NCBI RefSeq assembly: GCF_902459465.1
Contig: NC_047067.1
Coordinates: forward strand, 20,584,001 to 20,648,000
Reading direction: 5' to 3'
From: Asterias rubens
Lineage: Eukaryota
Length of the DNA stretch: 64,000 nucleotides
Shown here: piece after piece, positions 25,010 through 37,206 of the stretch
Layout of the letters: every line of letters begins with the position of its first letter
How positions within the stretch are numbered: position 1 is the first letter of the stretch
The notes under the pieces: generated by a model
Databases searched by the model: none
Seen by the model: the letters and a program-made list of their open reading frames with translations, nothing else
What the model was told of the DNA's origin: nothing
Translations under genes and position numbers: made by a program

Positions 25010-27789
25010 AAGTTGTCACACAACCTGTTTTGGGGGAATAATAAAGATCCACAGAGAGATGTTTTATATGTATTACCATAGACTAAATCTCTCGCTGGGT
25101 TTGTTTATAAAATACACTACATATAGTTGAAAGTAATTACAACTTACGCCTACACATTATCGCACAAACAAATTTGCATAACAATTGTAGAACAATAACA
25201 ATAACCTACGACAGCAACGCAAAACAAAACAAAATGTTTTTAAGAGATCGGTGAGACTATCACCGATTTACGTTGATGGTCATTGGTTTTAATATTGCAA
25301 ACACTTATCTCGTGGTCCTCTTTCTCTCTGCCTCGTGTAACATCTTCGTGTAAAGCCCTATGTATCACCAGCTGACATTCCTTACTTTGATAACACTTAA
25401 TCAGGGGTGATTTATCTTGTTATCATCACCGGAAAACCAACTTTTATGAAGATTCTCCAGAACACATGAGTTTGGTAATCTGAAATGTCGCCATATATTC
25501 AGAAACCACATGGTGGCAACCTCTGCCCCCCCCCCCAAAAAAAAATGAACTTAGAGATAAGATACTAACATTATTATGAGGAATATTAATCTGCCTCAAA
25601 TGCTCTTCTTGGAAATGTGTAAATCCAACTTAATGTTTCTTGCAATGCAATACAATTCTAATTATCACAGACCTAAATGTCGTTCTATGCTGCGTTTAAT
25701 TTAATTAAGATTAATTAATTGCTTAAAGGGTAGATATTGCTCCTGAAATCTTGAGCACGATGCCAGGTTTTGTGAAGGTTTGTTTTATGATCATTTACTA
25801 AGATTAATAGTGCTTTTATTTTAATATAAATAGAGCTTTAACCAAACCGGTTCACACAAGGTTCCTTTGGATTTTTATCATCTGCATTATTTTGTTGCGT
25901 TTACAGGATGGATTCAAGAGTCAATTGGAGAAAGGGCGTGGCTTATATCTCTTTGAAGGAGAGCCACTGAAAGGCAGGATGAGAGGTAAGAAGCTTCTCT
26001 TTGATGTTATGATTTGTCTTAACTTTATACCCTATTGTCTTTCTCATGTCAATCAATCATGATGCTTTATGGTGGTACCGAACAATACTTCCCTGGCATA
26101 AAACTTTTACTTCCTAAAATGCTATTGTTCTCCGAAATCCGTCAATTTCGTTGACACATTAGCAATAACATTGGTCTAATATTTTGGTAATTTGGCGCGA
26201 TAGTTTTGTCCGGATACATCCATCAACCCGAGCAGACGACATAACAGGTGTCCAGTAGCTACCCTGGCCTAAGTCTAGTGCCCAGACGGGAACCATTGAA
26301 GTTTTAAACCCAACAATAATGACACCTGCTAGATCAGTGACGTCATGACGTCAAGCTCTGCGAATGGAAGCTTTAGGAGAAAGTCTTGTGAAGTGAAGAT
26401 AAAAGATGGCGCAACATTATGTCGCCAGACGCGATTTCTGTTGAAAGTCACTCGTCTGTTTGGATGAGTGTACTTGACAATGACATCCGCTTGTGGCCTA
26501 CTAGGTTCATCGTGCACTGTGTTGAAAACACTTAATTCTGACTCAAGATCGACAAAAGTTTTTAAAATGAGTTGTTAGCATTTCTCTGTGTGGTGGACAG
26601 GATTTTATACATCATGGTTGATTCAGGGCGATTGGTTTGATTAGATTGACTTTTAAAATTGTGCTTGTTTCAAAATAAAAGATGAGGTTAAACCAATCAT
26701 TCCGATATGTCTCTCAATGTTAATTTCGAGGAAAATGTGTCTGGATTCGTTGTTACTTTAATATGAAATTTTAAATGAATTGCTCATTGCACACTAAGTA
26801 AGAAATATATAATATGAACTATGCACCGCTCTTAAGGCAACTGGAACACTGTTTTAGATGAATCCCTCACACTACACGCTGCGTTTCTCAAAGACTACTT
26901 GAATGAATGTATCGAACACATCCTAAACACTGTAGTCCTTTCCCGTGAAAGTTTTAACATGGCTGTCCTGAAGTCACCGGACGAACAAAATTGGTTAACA
27001 CAACGGGAAATTAAATCGGTGTAAGTTAATTGGATATGTGGTAAAGTAATTTAACGTTCCAATGAATTTGGCTCTTTACCCCCCCCCCCAACCAAATCAC
27101 ATCAAGCAACACACACTAATGTGTTTAATTAAGGAGTGGCTTAACCGACAGAGGGCGCTAACCTTTTGCGTTTGACAGATTGGTTCAAAATAGGAGGGTG
27201 GTGATTTGATTAAGCGCTTTGCTTATGGAATGTTTCATAAGGATAATATGTGTAGGGCTTAAGAATATATAAGATGCTAACTGAAGACTGTACCATTGAA
27301 TTTACAATATTGTTTTGTTAGGGCAGAAAAAAACATTAAAGCAACCTTACTGTAACAGAAATCAATACCCTGTCCATTATATGACAACACAGCTTATCTT
27401 TTAAATGGAATTAGAGTAATCGAAATATCTTTTTTACTGAATTTAGCAATCCAGATTTGTCCGAAATGAGCTTTGAAACCTGCGAAGACAACAAAAAGTA
27501 CGTTTAATTATGTAGGAAGGCCCAGCCAGATGACCACCCCTCCCTGGTGCATGGTTTCCACGCCCACTCGGGAGTTATAACAATGAATAATACTTGAATA
27601 GTAGAGACTTGATGACTGTGATATTGGGGACGGTGAGCTATCGCTAAATCCCTCGTCCGTCTGTCTTTCGTGAGATAGGGACCCGTAGAGACATCGTGTG
27701 TCTGTCAACAGCACTGAGTCAAACACTTTGCAATTCCACAAACACTCGTCATATAGTATCGTTGTCGCCTTACCTCTCACGCGTACTGT

Positions 27790-27946
27790 GGCCCGTTTCG
27801 AAACCACGGCTTTGGCTTTGGATTCGGCTTCGGGCTCCGTTCTCTCGTCTGAAGCCATGAACGCGTACGGAAAGCACGCGCAATTGTCAAAACACAACTG
27901 CGGGGCCAAGCGAGCCGGAGCCGAAGCCGTGGGTTCGAAAAGGGCC
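27790..27946. mobile_element. Palindromic MITE, second subfamily
   Basis: GGCCCGTTTCGAAACCACGGCT ... AGCCGTGGGTTCGAAAAGGGCC inverted ends; homologous to 19393-19547. Confidence 0.7.
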
Positions 27947-29833
27947 TATGAGAGTGCTCACGAAAAGAACACCAGATTTTTTTTTACTTTTGATAGTCTC
28001 GCTTTGGTTTGGAGCATGACATCAAAGCTCTGAATTTCATAAAAACACTTTTGTTATGAAAGGCAATCGTCCCCCCAGCTCTTTGAGCTGCTTGAAGTAA
28101 AAATTGAGTGTTAAAACGTGTCAGTTACGCATCCATAGATTATGAAGCATTATAGGCCTTACCTTTTCACTCCTTGGATTTGCAATCCGCCAATTCATGT
28201 AGTTGCATAAGAACGAGCTTTCGCATTTAGGCATAATTCAACTATGATTTTACCAGCATTTTGTCATCAACAAATTTGCAGACAACTCAAAATCTCGTCC
28301 TGGGGTTAGAATCTATTAATAGCATTTTGATAATGAAAGACGATGAAAACAAGCGATTTGATTTAAGCAAACTTTTCTCTAACCATCTGTGAGTAAACAC
28401 TGACGCCTTTGAGTTTTTATCTTTGCAGATGTCCAGTTTATTTATAGTAACAGCTACTTGGAAAACAGAGCCAGTGTCTGAAAAAAAGTTTGGCCAGCAC
28501 ATTGGCATGGATTCAACTTGTAAGAGTTGAATTGGAACTGACGTTCTGCGTCTATCAGTCGCGCCTATCATTGTCCAGTGGCGAGTAGTGCGCCGCCTAG
28601 CCGCCCTGCCCGCCAGGTGAGTTTGAAAACTACCAAATGAAATTAATTTATCAAATCCTATAGGGACATAGGTAAAGCTCAGGGCTAACTGGCAATCAGC
28701 TGGTGCATGGCTAATGTAGGCCCAATGACAGGGGCTTACTTAGATGGCTTTAGGGGCTTTACACTGCCGTGGGGCAATGATGAAGATTTCCCCGGTGTCG
28801 GACGTTCCATTGAATCGGGGACATAGGCAGACACTTGGCCTCTGATAAAATGGAAGTACGTCTAAACCTTCCTATGTACACCATTATTCAATAATACAAA
28901 ATCGACAACGAAAGCGGAAGGACGGGAGGAGGGTTTAAGTTAATTTCACTTTAAAAGTTGAAGAAGCCGTGTTTGTCTTTGCCGTTCATTGTTGATCGCG
29001 CTGGTATCCGTTTTACTTGACACATAAACTATAGACCCCTTTGTAGGTTAACGGGGGCGGGGCGGGGCGGGCGGCCGGGGGAGGGGAGTACTGGTTTGTG
29101 GCATTGAGGGGGGGGGGCATTTCAATCTATAGTCAGAACCCGGGACTCACAACTGCCTCGATGTAATGGTTCTACCCACATAGACAGTGAGTCTCAACTC
29201 CAAACATACACACACCGTGTGGCTGTGACACAAATTACAGAACCCGTCCATCAACAAGCAAAGCCCTTACTGAGGACACGGTGATCAAGCTGATGCCATA
29301 GAAGATCTAGGCGTAACGCCAGACTGAATGTACAGATTAGCAATAATAAACGGATTGCCTCTTAAGGCTTGAAGCACACGAAAGTTTGTTCAGGGTGGTA
29401 ACTTTCAATTTACGGTAGATTGATATATATTTCCTTCCTGGTTGGAACCGCAAAGTACATTTTACCTTCAAGATGTTCAGATTTGGGTATAGGAACCCAC
29501 TTCTCTATAAATGAGGATATCAATGGTTCCCAGTCGAGATGACGGCCTTCCGGTATGTCGTAGGGTTACCACCCTAACTATCCACTTCGAGAAATACCGA
29601 ACCCTTGACTGGATACTTTGCTCAAATTGAAGCTTTCCCAAAATCAGGAAACCCTGAGGTGGAAACGATTAACACCTTCTGTTTCAATTTAGTGAGAAGT
29701 GTGTTTTTATATAAATATTATGATTGATTGATTGATTGATTGACGTGACGTAGACAATTACAGCTGTGAGGGTTGAGGGACCTTTTGGTTCATTTTTCCT
29801 GCTTACCATCTATCAATACAACATAGACGGCAC

Positions 29834-29972
29834 TAAGAAGAAACTATACCTAAAAATAGTAAACTTGCTGGTACAACCATGTGTAAATCTCTTTTGAGTG
29901 AGTGTTGGCTCTGAAAAGAGCCGGTTTGGTCTCGACGTTTCGAACAGTATACTCTGCTCGTCATCAGGAGAA
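29834..29972 (-). mobile_element. Short dispersed repeat with hammerhead motif (Penelope-like terminal-repeat relic)
   Basis: About 135 bp nearly identical to 33686-33821; contains a hammerhead fold followed by hairpin GGCTCT-TTTC-AGAGCC. Confidence 0.7.
29930..29971 (-). ncRNA. Minimal type I hammerhead ribozyme candidate
   Basis: Minus strand TCTC-CTGATGA-C-GAGCAG-AGTATA-CTGTTC-GAAAC-GTC-GAGA: intact core, 6-bp stem II, 4-bp stem I (TCTC/GAGA), palindromic ACGT in place of helix III. Confidence 0.65.
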
Positions 29973-32106
29973 TGCTGGACTGCTGGCACTGTTTGCACAT
30001 CTTTGTTATTCAGTTCAGTCATTACCTCTAATGATGTAACCACCAACCCACTTATGACATAATGATTTGTTTAGCATCTTACTCACGACTTACGAAACTT
30101 ATCAATCTGTCTTGCGCGTTAAACCGTAGCCCCCTCCCTCCCCCCTCCCTCACCCTCCCACACCCTTTCCTTTGGCTCGACTGGAGCCTGATTTACATTG
30201 GCATGATGCCAGACCGGTAGGGTAACCCAATCCCACTTTCGACTTGACAGTTTGTAATGTGTATTGATAATGGTGCAACAATTGTTTCAGTTTCACATAA
30301 TCTGTCGAAGATACCTTGTGTGCCAAATCCTTGTTTGTTTAGTTCAATATTAGAAACGAGCGAAAACTATTCCTAAATTAAAAGTGTCTTTCAAAGTCTC
30401 TGTCCTTCTCTATGATCAACCCAACTTGAAAAAGTTCAGATATATTTATTGCCTATCGTAATCAAGACAAAATAAGTGCAAAATATTCAAACTGAAGTCA
30501 ATTTGCTGACATCATTCTTGGCACAAGAATTGTACAGACTTTTAAAGTCGACGAATGGTGCCAAAAGACAGAATAGCAACAGGCTTTTTTGCTACACCTT
30601 CTTGGCAGGTGATGATGTTACACCTATCTGAGTGGCCCATAAGGATATAACAGACTCTCATCAATACGCCGCCATTATCACACACTCAGCGGAAGCTGGG
30701 CAATCTATGTCGGCAGTCCTTAAAGCACCTGTTCTAGAAGGCGAACTTAAATATCCATGCAGCAATTTGATATAAGACACCAAACCTATAAAGAGTTTAT
30801 AGACAGTCCGAAATTAAGTTCTAGTTTGTTTTGTTGCAACGTTCGTTTTCTCTGGTTGTGACGGGGCTGATGTTCTTAGAAAAAAATAATGGCAATTTCT
30901 CTGAAGTACTTCTGACTAATTTCATATGAATTTGCAAAACAAATTGTAGGAACCAGATATACATCATATGTAGACGACCAATGGCGTCAGAATTCCAAAA
31001 GAAAACAACATTGTGATTTAACAATGTCGTGACATGAACTTGATTGGTCTGGCCCACCCTGGGTGAGCTGCCCATAAAAACTCACATCATTGAGTACATA
31101 ACAAGAGAAGAAGCTTATTGGAGTCATCGCTTATGGCAATAAATGTCGACAAATTTCCGTTCGTTTTTGTTTTACGGATAAGTTCAACAAAAGTTAAACA
31201 AAGGGGCTGGTTTTTGCCAGTGTGGTGGTGGTGTAATTCAACAAACATTTAAGGCTTTCTTTTGAAATCGCATTGCATATGAAGGCATACAACCCGTTAT
31301 AGACCTAATCAGTTAGCTTTTTTCTAATACTGAAAATATTGTTTTCCCACTCATGTTTGTTTCAAAAATCATTACTTTTTTTTTTCTCTAGTTCTTACAC
31401 CGACCAACCATCTAGTTGAGAATGATAGTGGGGGGGGGGGACTTGTATCTCAAGAGCGTATAAGCATTTTTGTTTCATTCAATTACTGACATCATTGATT
31501 ATTGTTTAATTATTTATTGTTTAATTGATGCTAACAGAAAAAATAATGATGAGTGAGGAGTTGTACAAGGAGCAGTTAGTAAATATCACAACTTTTAAAA
31601 ATCTATATTATGACCTCTTTAGAAAAACAAACTTTTAAAGTCCAACAAGTGTAACCTCACTTAGTAGAAATTGTAAAAGCACACAAAACTGGTTTGTTTA
31701 GAATGTTAAATCATTTTATTTGAGCAGAAGTACTGAACATAATTGTACTTGCATGAGAGCAATGAATAATAATATTAATCAAAGTTCGCTATAGGTCATG
31801 ACTTTTGGTTTCATTGACCACATTTTTGATTTGTTTTGTCTTCCTGCAATGTGAAGAAAAAACTTCAAAACCTGTTTTAAAAATGCGTTATCTTTGTTTC
31901 AGTGTACTAAGCACCTTATTGGTGGATACATGTGCTATACACAAGACTCAATTATTATATTATTATTAGACAATTTACAGATTACCAATAAAACAACAAA
32001 AGGAAATAACAAAGATAAGTGAAGTAGGCATATTGGATTTGCTGGAATAACAATGAGCTGGCTGCTTAAAAATTAGTTGACAGAAACAAATTGTTCAAAT
32101 CTAGAA

Positions 32107-32509
32107 ATAATAATAATAATAATAATAACCGTATTTATAACGCGCCTTTTGCCAAAGGATACAAAGCGCCAGGTATTATTACTGCAAGGAGTGGGGCAAA
32201 TTTTTGAGATATAAGACCTAATCCTTAGCACCATGTAATGGTTTACAAGGTGCTGTGGTGGCGCAATATGCTGCCAATCCATCCAGGAACACCAGGGCGA
32301 ACCCCTTCTCTTTTCGATAAGTGCACTGGGATCTTTTACATGCGTTTACACAACACATGGGACCAACAGCTTTACGTCCCATCCAAAGGACGAAGCAATG
32401 GTTATGTGTTTTGCTCGGGGACACAAGTGTCACAGCTGGGGATTCGAACCCACACTCTGCTGATCAGAGTTTGAATTCAGTGCTCATAACCACTCGGCCA
32501 CGACACTCC
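32107..32509 (-). mobile_element. Full-length tRNA-derived SINE (central domain Meta-like) with (ATT)n tail
   Basis: Head GTGTCGTGGCCGAGTGGTTA (A box) and GGGTTCGAATCC (B box); core CGCATGTAAAAGATCCC; microsatellite tail at 32107-32128. Confidence 0.75.
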
Positions 32510-33459
32510 CAAATGCTTTGGTTCTCTGTTGTTCATTATTCAAATAAATGTTAAACTCATTCCAAAGATGGTGGCTGCAGAAAGAGTCACCCAGGTTTTG
32601 GAGGCCTTTATAATCAAGTAAAACACTCAGGCTACTCCAATCTAGGTTAATTTGAATCACAGATCCTGTACCAGTGATTTCCACTATGAATGGGATATAT
32701 ATATACTTGTGTAACTTGCGTAACTCCTGTGTTTGTATAAAACTGCATCAACATTATGAATCAGAGATGCCTTTGATACGTTACAAGACATTCACAAATG
32801 GATTAGTTGTTATACATTTGGGTTAAATTAGATAAATATGTGGACTTCCTCCACTATATGAGAGTAACCTGGCAGAGTGATAACACATTGTGACAGCAAA
32901 AGTCACAAGGTTTTACTTCTGAACACAATATTTTTTTACTATTTTGCTTTCAACTTCTTATATGCTGCTGAAACAGATCAGCCAAGCAAAGTATCAGTAA
33001 TACAGTATTAGTATTTATTGTGTTTGTCTGGTCCTCCGATAATTCATGCTAAGCAGACAAACCTGCTTAACACATTTTGCTAAGCTGCCCAAAGAAAATG
33101 GGCCAAGGAAACAACTTCATAAAGCTGTTAAACATGTATATTTGCACAGAAATATTTACAAGACAGAATTTAAATTGAGGTCAAAAGAAGACATCTCGTT
33201 TGCATTGTTCGATCTCAGAGATAGCGGAAGTGGTCTATAGCAAGGTGTTTATACACACTGATTAGCTCCCTGCTTAATGTTGCTAAGTTTATCAATTGTG
33301 TCCAATATTTTCTGTCCAACAGCTTTGTGAAATACAGGCCTAAAATCAATTCCACAAAACTTTACACAACTGCATAAGTCCACTTGCCCAAGTGGATTTA
33401 GGCAATTGTAAAGTTTCCTGAAATCGAAGGCTGGTAACCTTAAATGAGACTCTTTGTGG

Positions 33460-36400
33460 TTATAAGAGGTATACATAACATAAATACATTATTATACACG
33501 TAACAGCCATTCCTCCAAAAAGGATCCAGGTATCTTGTGATGATCTTTTTTCTATCAATCTCATTACAGTATTACTCAATCCCAACATATTCGCTACGTC
33601 TAGAATCCGTCGCTGAGTACCCTGAGAAAAACAACAACAAAAGTGATATTAAGTATTGTTTGAAGCTTTGCATGTTGTGGAGAAATAAGAAGAAACTATA
33701 AATAAATAGTAAATTTGCGGGTACAACCATGTGTAAATCTCTTACAGTGAGTGTTGGCTCTGAAAAGAGCCGGTTTGGTCTTGACGTTTCGAACAGTATA
33801 CTCTGCTCGTCTTCAGGAGAACAGAAATATTAATTTCCGAGGAGCGCTGAGGCTCAATGGTCTAGTGTGATGAGTTTAGGATACATCCGTTACAGAATGT
33901 GAGTTTGAATTCCAGTCTGGTTGGTTGTAACATTTGTATCCTTTTTTGGCAACTCGCATTCCCAACTAATTTAACCCTCCCTGTTTCTTAGGACAAACAA
34001 CACAAAGTGGAGAAGCCACCAGCTGTGCTCAATTGCAATGTAGTTTGGGCCACTGCTGGATGAGATAAGGTTCTCAATATTGCATCAATTTATGTGTAGG
34101 ATCTACTTATAAAAGAGTCCACAACACTTATAATAGAAATGTAGTGGCTTTACCCCTTTCATTGTTGGTTCATAACAAGCAACCTTACTGACAGGTTTTC
34201 TTGGGTTTCTGAGCTACAATGGTCATGATGCCTTTCGACTTCCGAAGCATTCTTGATTTTAACGTTGTACATGTGTGTGGTGGCACAACTGTGCACAGAA
34301 CTGCCAGTGTACCATGTTCAATTACCACATGGTGTCTTTTGTTCAGAACCCTAGTCAATTATATACTCAATAGTTAGACAGTAATAAAAACCACGTTATC
34401 AATCTTGATGATAGAGGATAGTTTAAAGAGAACTTCTTGGAAGTTGTATTTCTGTTTAAACTCATAAACCCAAAGGGATTGAATGTTTGTTCTTACTTTG
34501 AGTACACTTCTCTGATTGCGAAGATTCTCAATAGTAGCTGCACCTGCTCCTAATAAGTCATCAATCCCAAGATGGGCATCATGAAGGGATGTATTATGAC
34601 GTAACTCTTGGTCAATCAGGATGGATGTATTATCTTCCTATAGGAAACAAAATCAACACATCGTAAAGGATTAAGATATTATTGAATAAATTAATTTAAT
34701 TTCAATCCTCTTGTTTTTAAACAAGACACCATCAATACAACCAACTATGGACAATTAATAAAGTAATCCATTATTTGGACAATGAAATTATTGATCACAA
34801 GTAGACACTTAGTTGGATTCCTCATACTAAATACAGGTTGCTGCATCCCATGGTTTAGGGCAATAAATACAGGTTGCTGCATCCCATGGTTTGGGGCAAT
34901 AAATACAGGTTGCTGCATCCCATGGTTTGGGGGTAATTGTACAGCATGCTCCAGATGGGCAAAGCTGGCTACCATTTTTCAAAAAACTTCATTAAGAATT
35001 ATGTATGTTTGATGTTGCTTCCATAACTACATAAAAGCTTGCCACGAACCATGTGACATAACAACTGTCAGAAGTTCCTGTTGTTGGAACTTACATTTGC
35101 AACAAATCTTCTGGTTAGTAACTCTTCTCTGTCTTTGATTTCTTGTTCCTTCATGAACTGTCGATGTTGGATGTTTCTTAATGCTGCTTGTAGATGCTGG
35201 CAGTCATACTTTAATTGGTCCAATCGTCTGAAAGGTCAAAGTTCAAAGCAGAAAGTGCTGAGAAACAGTGGGGGCAGTAAAGCTAGAAAAGTCTGGATTC
35301 TGAATTGCATGATGTCACAAGTCTTGATGAGAAACAGTGGGGGCAGTAAAGCTAGAAAAGTCTGGATTCTGAATTGCATGATGTCACAAGTCTTGATGAG
35401 AAACAGTGGGGGCAGTAAAGCTAGAAAAGTCTGGATTCTGAATTGCATGATGTCACCGGTCTTGATGAGCTCAATTTCATAAAGCTGTTTAGCAGAAAAT
35501 ATTGCTTATCAGAACAATGAGTGGAGCTCAAGTAGAAACAATTATGACCTATTCAGTGATAGTCTATTCTTTTGGAGTGATTCTGGGAGATGAATTTGTG
35601 AATCAAAAGGTTTGCTACAACCATGTGACATATCTTTCTTATTATTCCTAGATTCTTCTGGATTTCATTCCATGTGAGCGACATTGTTAGGCAATTCCTG
35701 TGGTGGATTGGAGCTTCATGGATCGATGTATTCCACTCACAGTGTTAACTACATCTCAGAATGAAACTGAAGGGGACACAAAGTAATTCAGAAACTTACA
35801 ATCTAGCATTTTGTTTTCTTGTTGGGGGTTCTTTGTTGACAAGGATGTCCAGTCTCTCTAGGTTACTAACGATTCGATCAATCATCGTTTGAACCTCACT
35901 CTCTGCATCTAAATAAATAATCACAATAAAATAAATAATGACAACTCACTTCAAACTGTCTTCCATTAGTTGGCCAATGATATTCTTTTTAAATTTTCAA
36001 AGACAAAACTTTTGGACAAATGCAAAACCTTGCATCTCAATTTTGTATTACATGCATGTATCTTGCTAAAGAGGATCTCCCTGCATCTCCAATCAAGATT
36101 GGCATATTTTGGCTAGTTTAGGTTATATTTCTGCAATGAAACAAATATATGTGTTAGCTCTAAAATGTTGTCAGCTCATAGCTACTTATAAATGTATGTA
36201 TTTGATTGAGTTAATTTATTTTGGAGCTCCAGGAATACTTTATTGGTGATGGTTTTTCCCAAAGTATTGTTGAATAATAAGAACCGTTGATGTTTCTCAG
36301 CATTTTGTAAATAATAATAGTGATTTAAGGTTTAGGGACCTTTATATTTTAAGGAACAACTAAAATTAAAAGGACTTCAAAACCATAATGTAATGAATTA

Positions 36401-37206
36401 CTCTTGTCAAGAAGAGACTTACGGTGGACATTTTCGGGTGAAGCTTGTTCCACTCTTGACAGACCATTCTGGACTTCTTGAAGCAATCTTTACAAATAAA
36501 GAATACCAAGTTGAGTTTACTAAAGTAAAATTATAACATCAGTAATCAAAATGTATTCTTAAAAGGGGTTATCCAACCAACCCACTGACACATAAAACTG
36601 TGGCCATCATGTGTTAATGTTTCTGATAAACAAGGATTGCATTGGTATTTAAACTATGGTTACTATAGGACAAGTGAGGAAGAATTTAAAGAAAATACAC
36701 TGTAATAAATTCACGCACTTTACTCCCCCCCCCCCCCCCATGTAAGGTTTGCAGAAACACTGTCATAACTGCACATGGGACAATCGTGCTTAAGGTTGTG
36801 GTGTTTCTGAAAGAAGAAAACGGTGGTGTAACGAATCAACATTTTGTTATGAATGCTCCGATTGTCTTTAGAGCATTCTCATCAAATCGTTGAGTTATTA
36901 AACCCCAGGTTATTTTTAGAACCACATCAACAACAATTTGTCTACATAGTTTTACTGCAAATCTTACTAGATTGTATCTCTACACAAAGCATACCACTCA
37001 ATAAATGTCTTCAAATGTATTAAGTAACTTCATTTCATGATATTAAGAGCCAACCCACAATTTCCAAACAAACAACTTGTGTTCCACAGAGAAATACCAC
37101 AGCTCTCTACCCTTCCCAATAATATGATGTGGGGAGGGGGGGGGGGGTCAACAGTCACAGTCCCAGATGTTACTTACTTGTTTGTATCATGATACAACCG
37201 CTCCAT
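33460..37206 (-). CDS. GOSR2: Golgi SNAP receptor complex member 2 (membrin/GS27), 6 exons, 212 aa
   Basis: Exons 37206-37178, 36487-36423, 35908-35800, 35227-35095, 34637-34497, 33621-33460 (29/65/109/133/141/162 nt), all GT-AG. Translation includes [52 protein letters not shown] and a C-terminal TM. A possible 5' UTR intron lies at 37866-37274. Confidence 0.95.
33686..33821 (-). mobile_element. Second copy of the hammerhead-bearing repeat, in the last GOSR2 intron (sense)
   Basis: TCTC-CTGAAGA-C-GAGCAG-AGTATA-CTGTTC-GAAAC-GTC-AAGA at 33820-33779. Confidence 0.7.
34828..34932. repeat. 36-bp tandem repeat x3, GOSR2 intron 4
   Basis: TAAATACAGGTTGCTGCATCCCATGGTTT(A/G)GGGCAA at 34828, 34864, 34900. 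Confidence 0.9.
35259..35470. repeat. 69-bp tandem repeat x3, GOSR2 intron 3
   Basis: Units begin TGAGAAACAGTGGGGGCAG at 35259, 35328, 35397. Confidence 0.92.

Larger units (their letters stand above)
22656..26353. promoter_or_regulatory. Four full CRE palindromes (TGACGTCA) around the Wnt9 first exon
   Basis: TGACGTCA at 22656, 24556, 26338 and 26346 (the last two abut). TATAAAA on the minus strand at 23064-23058 and 23137-23131. Confidence 0.5.

Noticed and set aside
23090-28000. TCF/LEF sites (CTTTGWW) as evidence of Wnt9 autoregulation
   Set aside because: About one per kb is expected by chance at this base composition; no clear enrichment.
27508-28033. Overlapping 111-133 aa ORFs on both strands
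   Set aside because: They run through a GC-rich palindromic MITE that lacks stop codons.
34745-35482. ORFs with repeated peptides ([25 protein letters not shown])
   Set aside because: Produced by 36- and 69-bp intronic tandem repeats and the antisense of GOSR2 exon 4.
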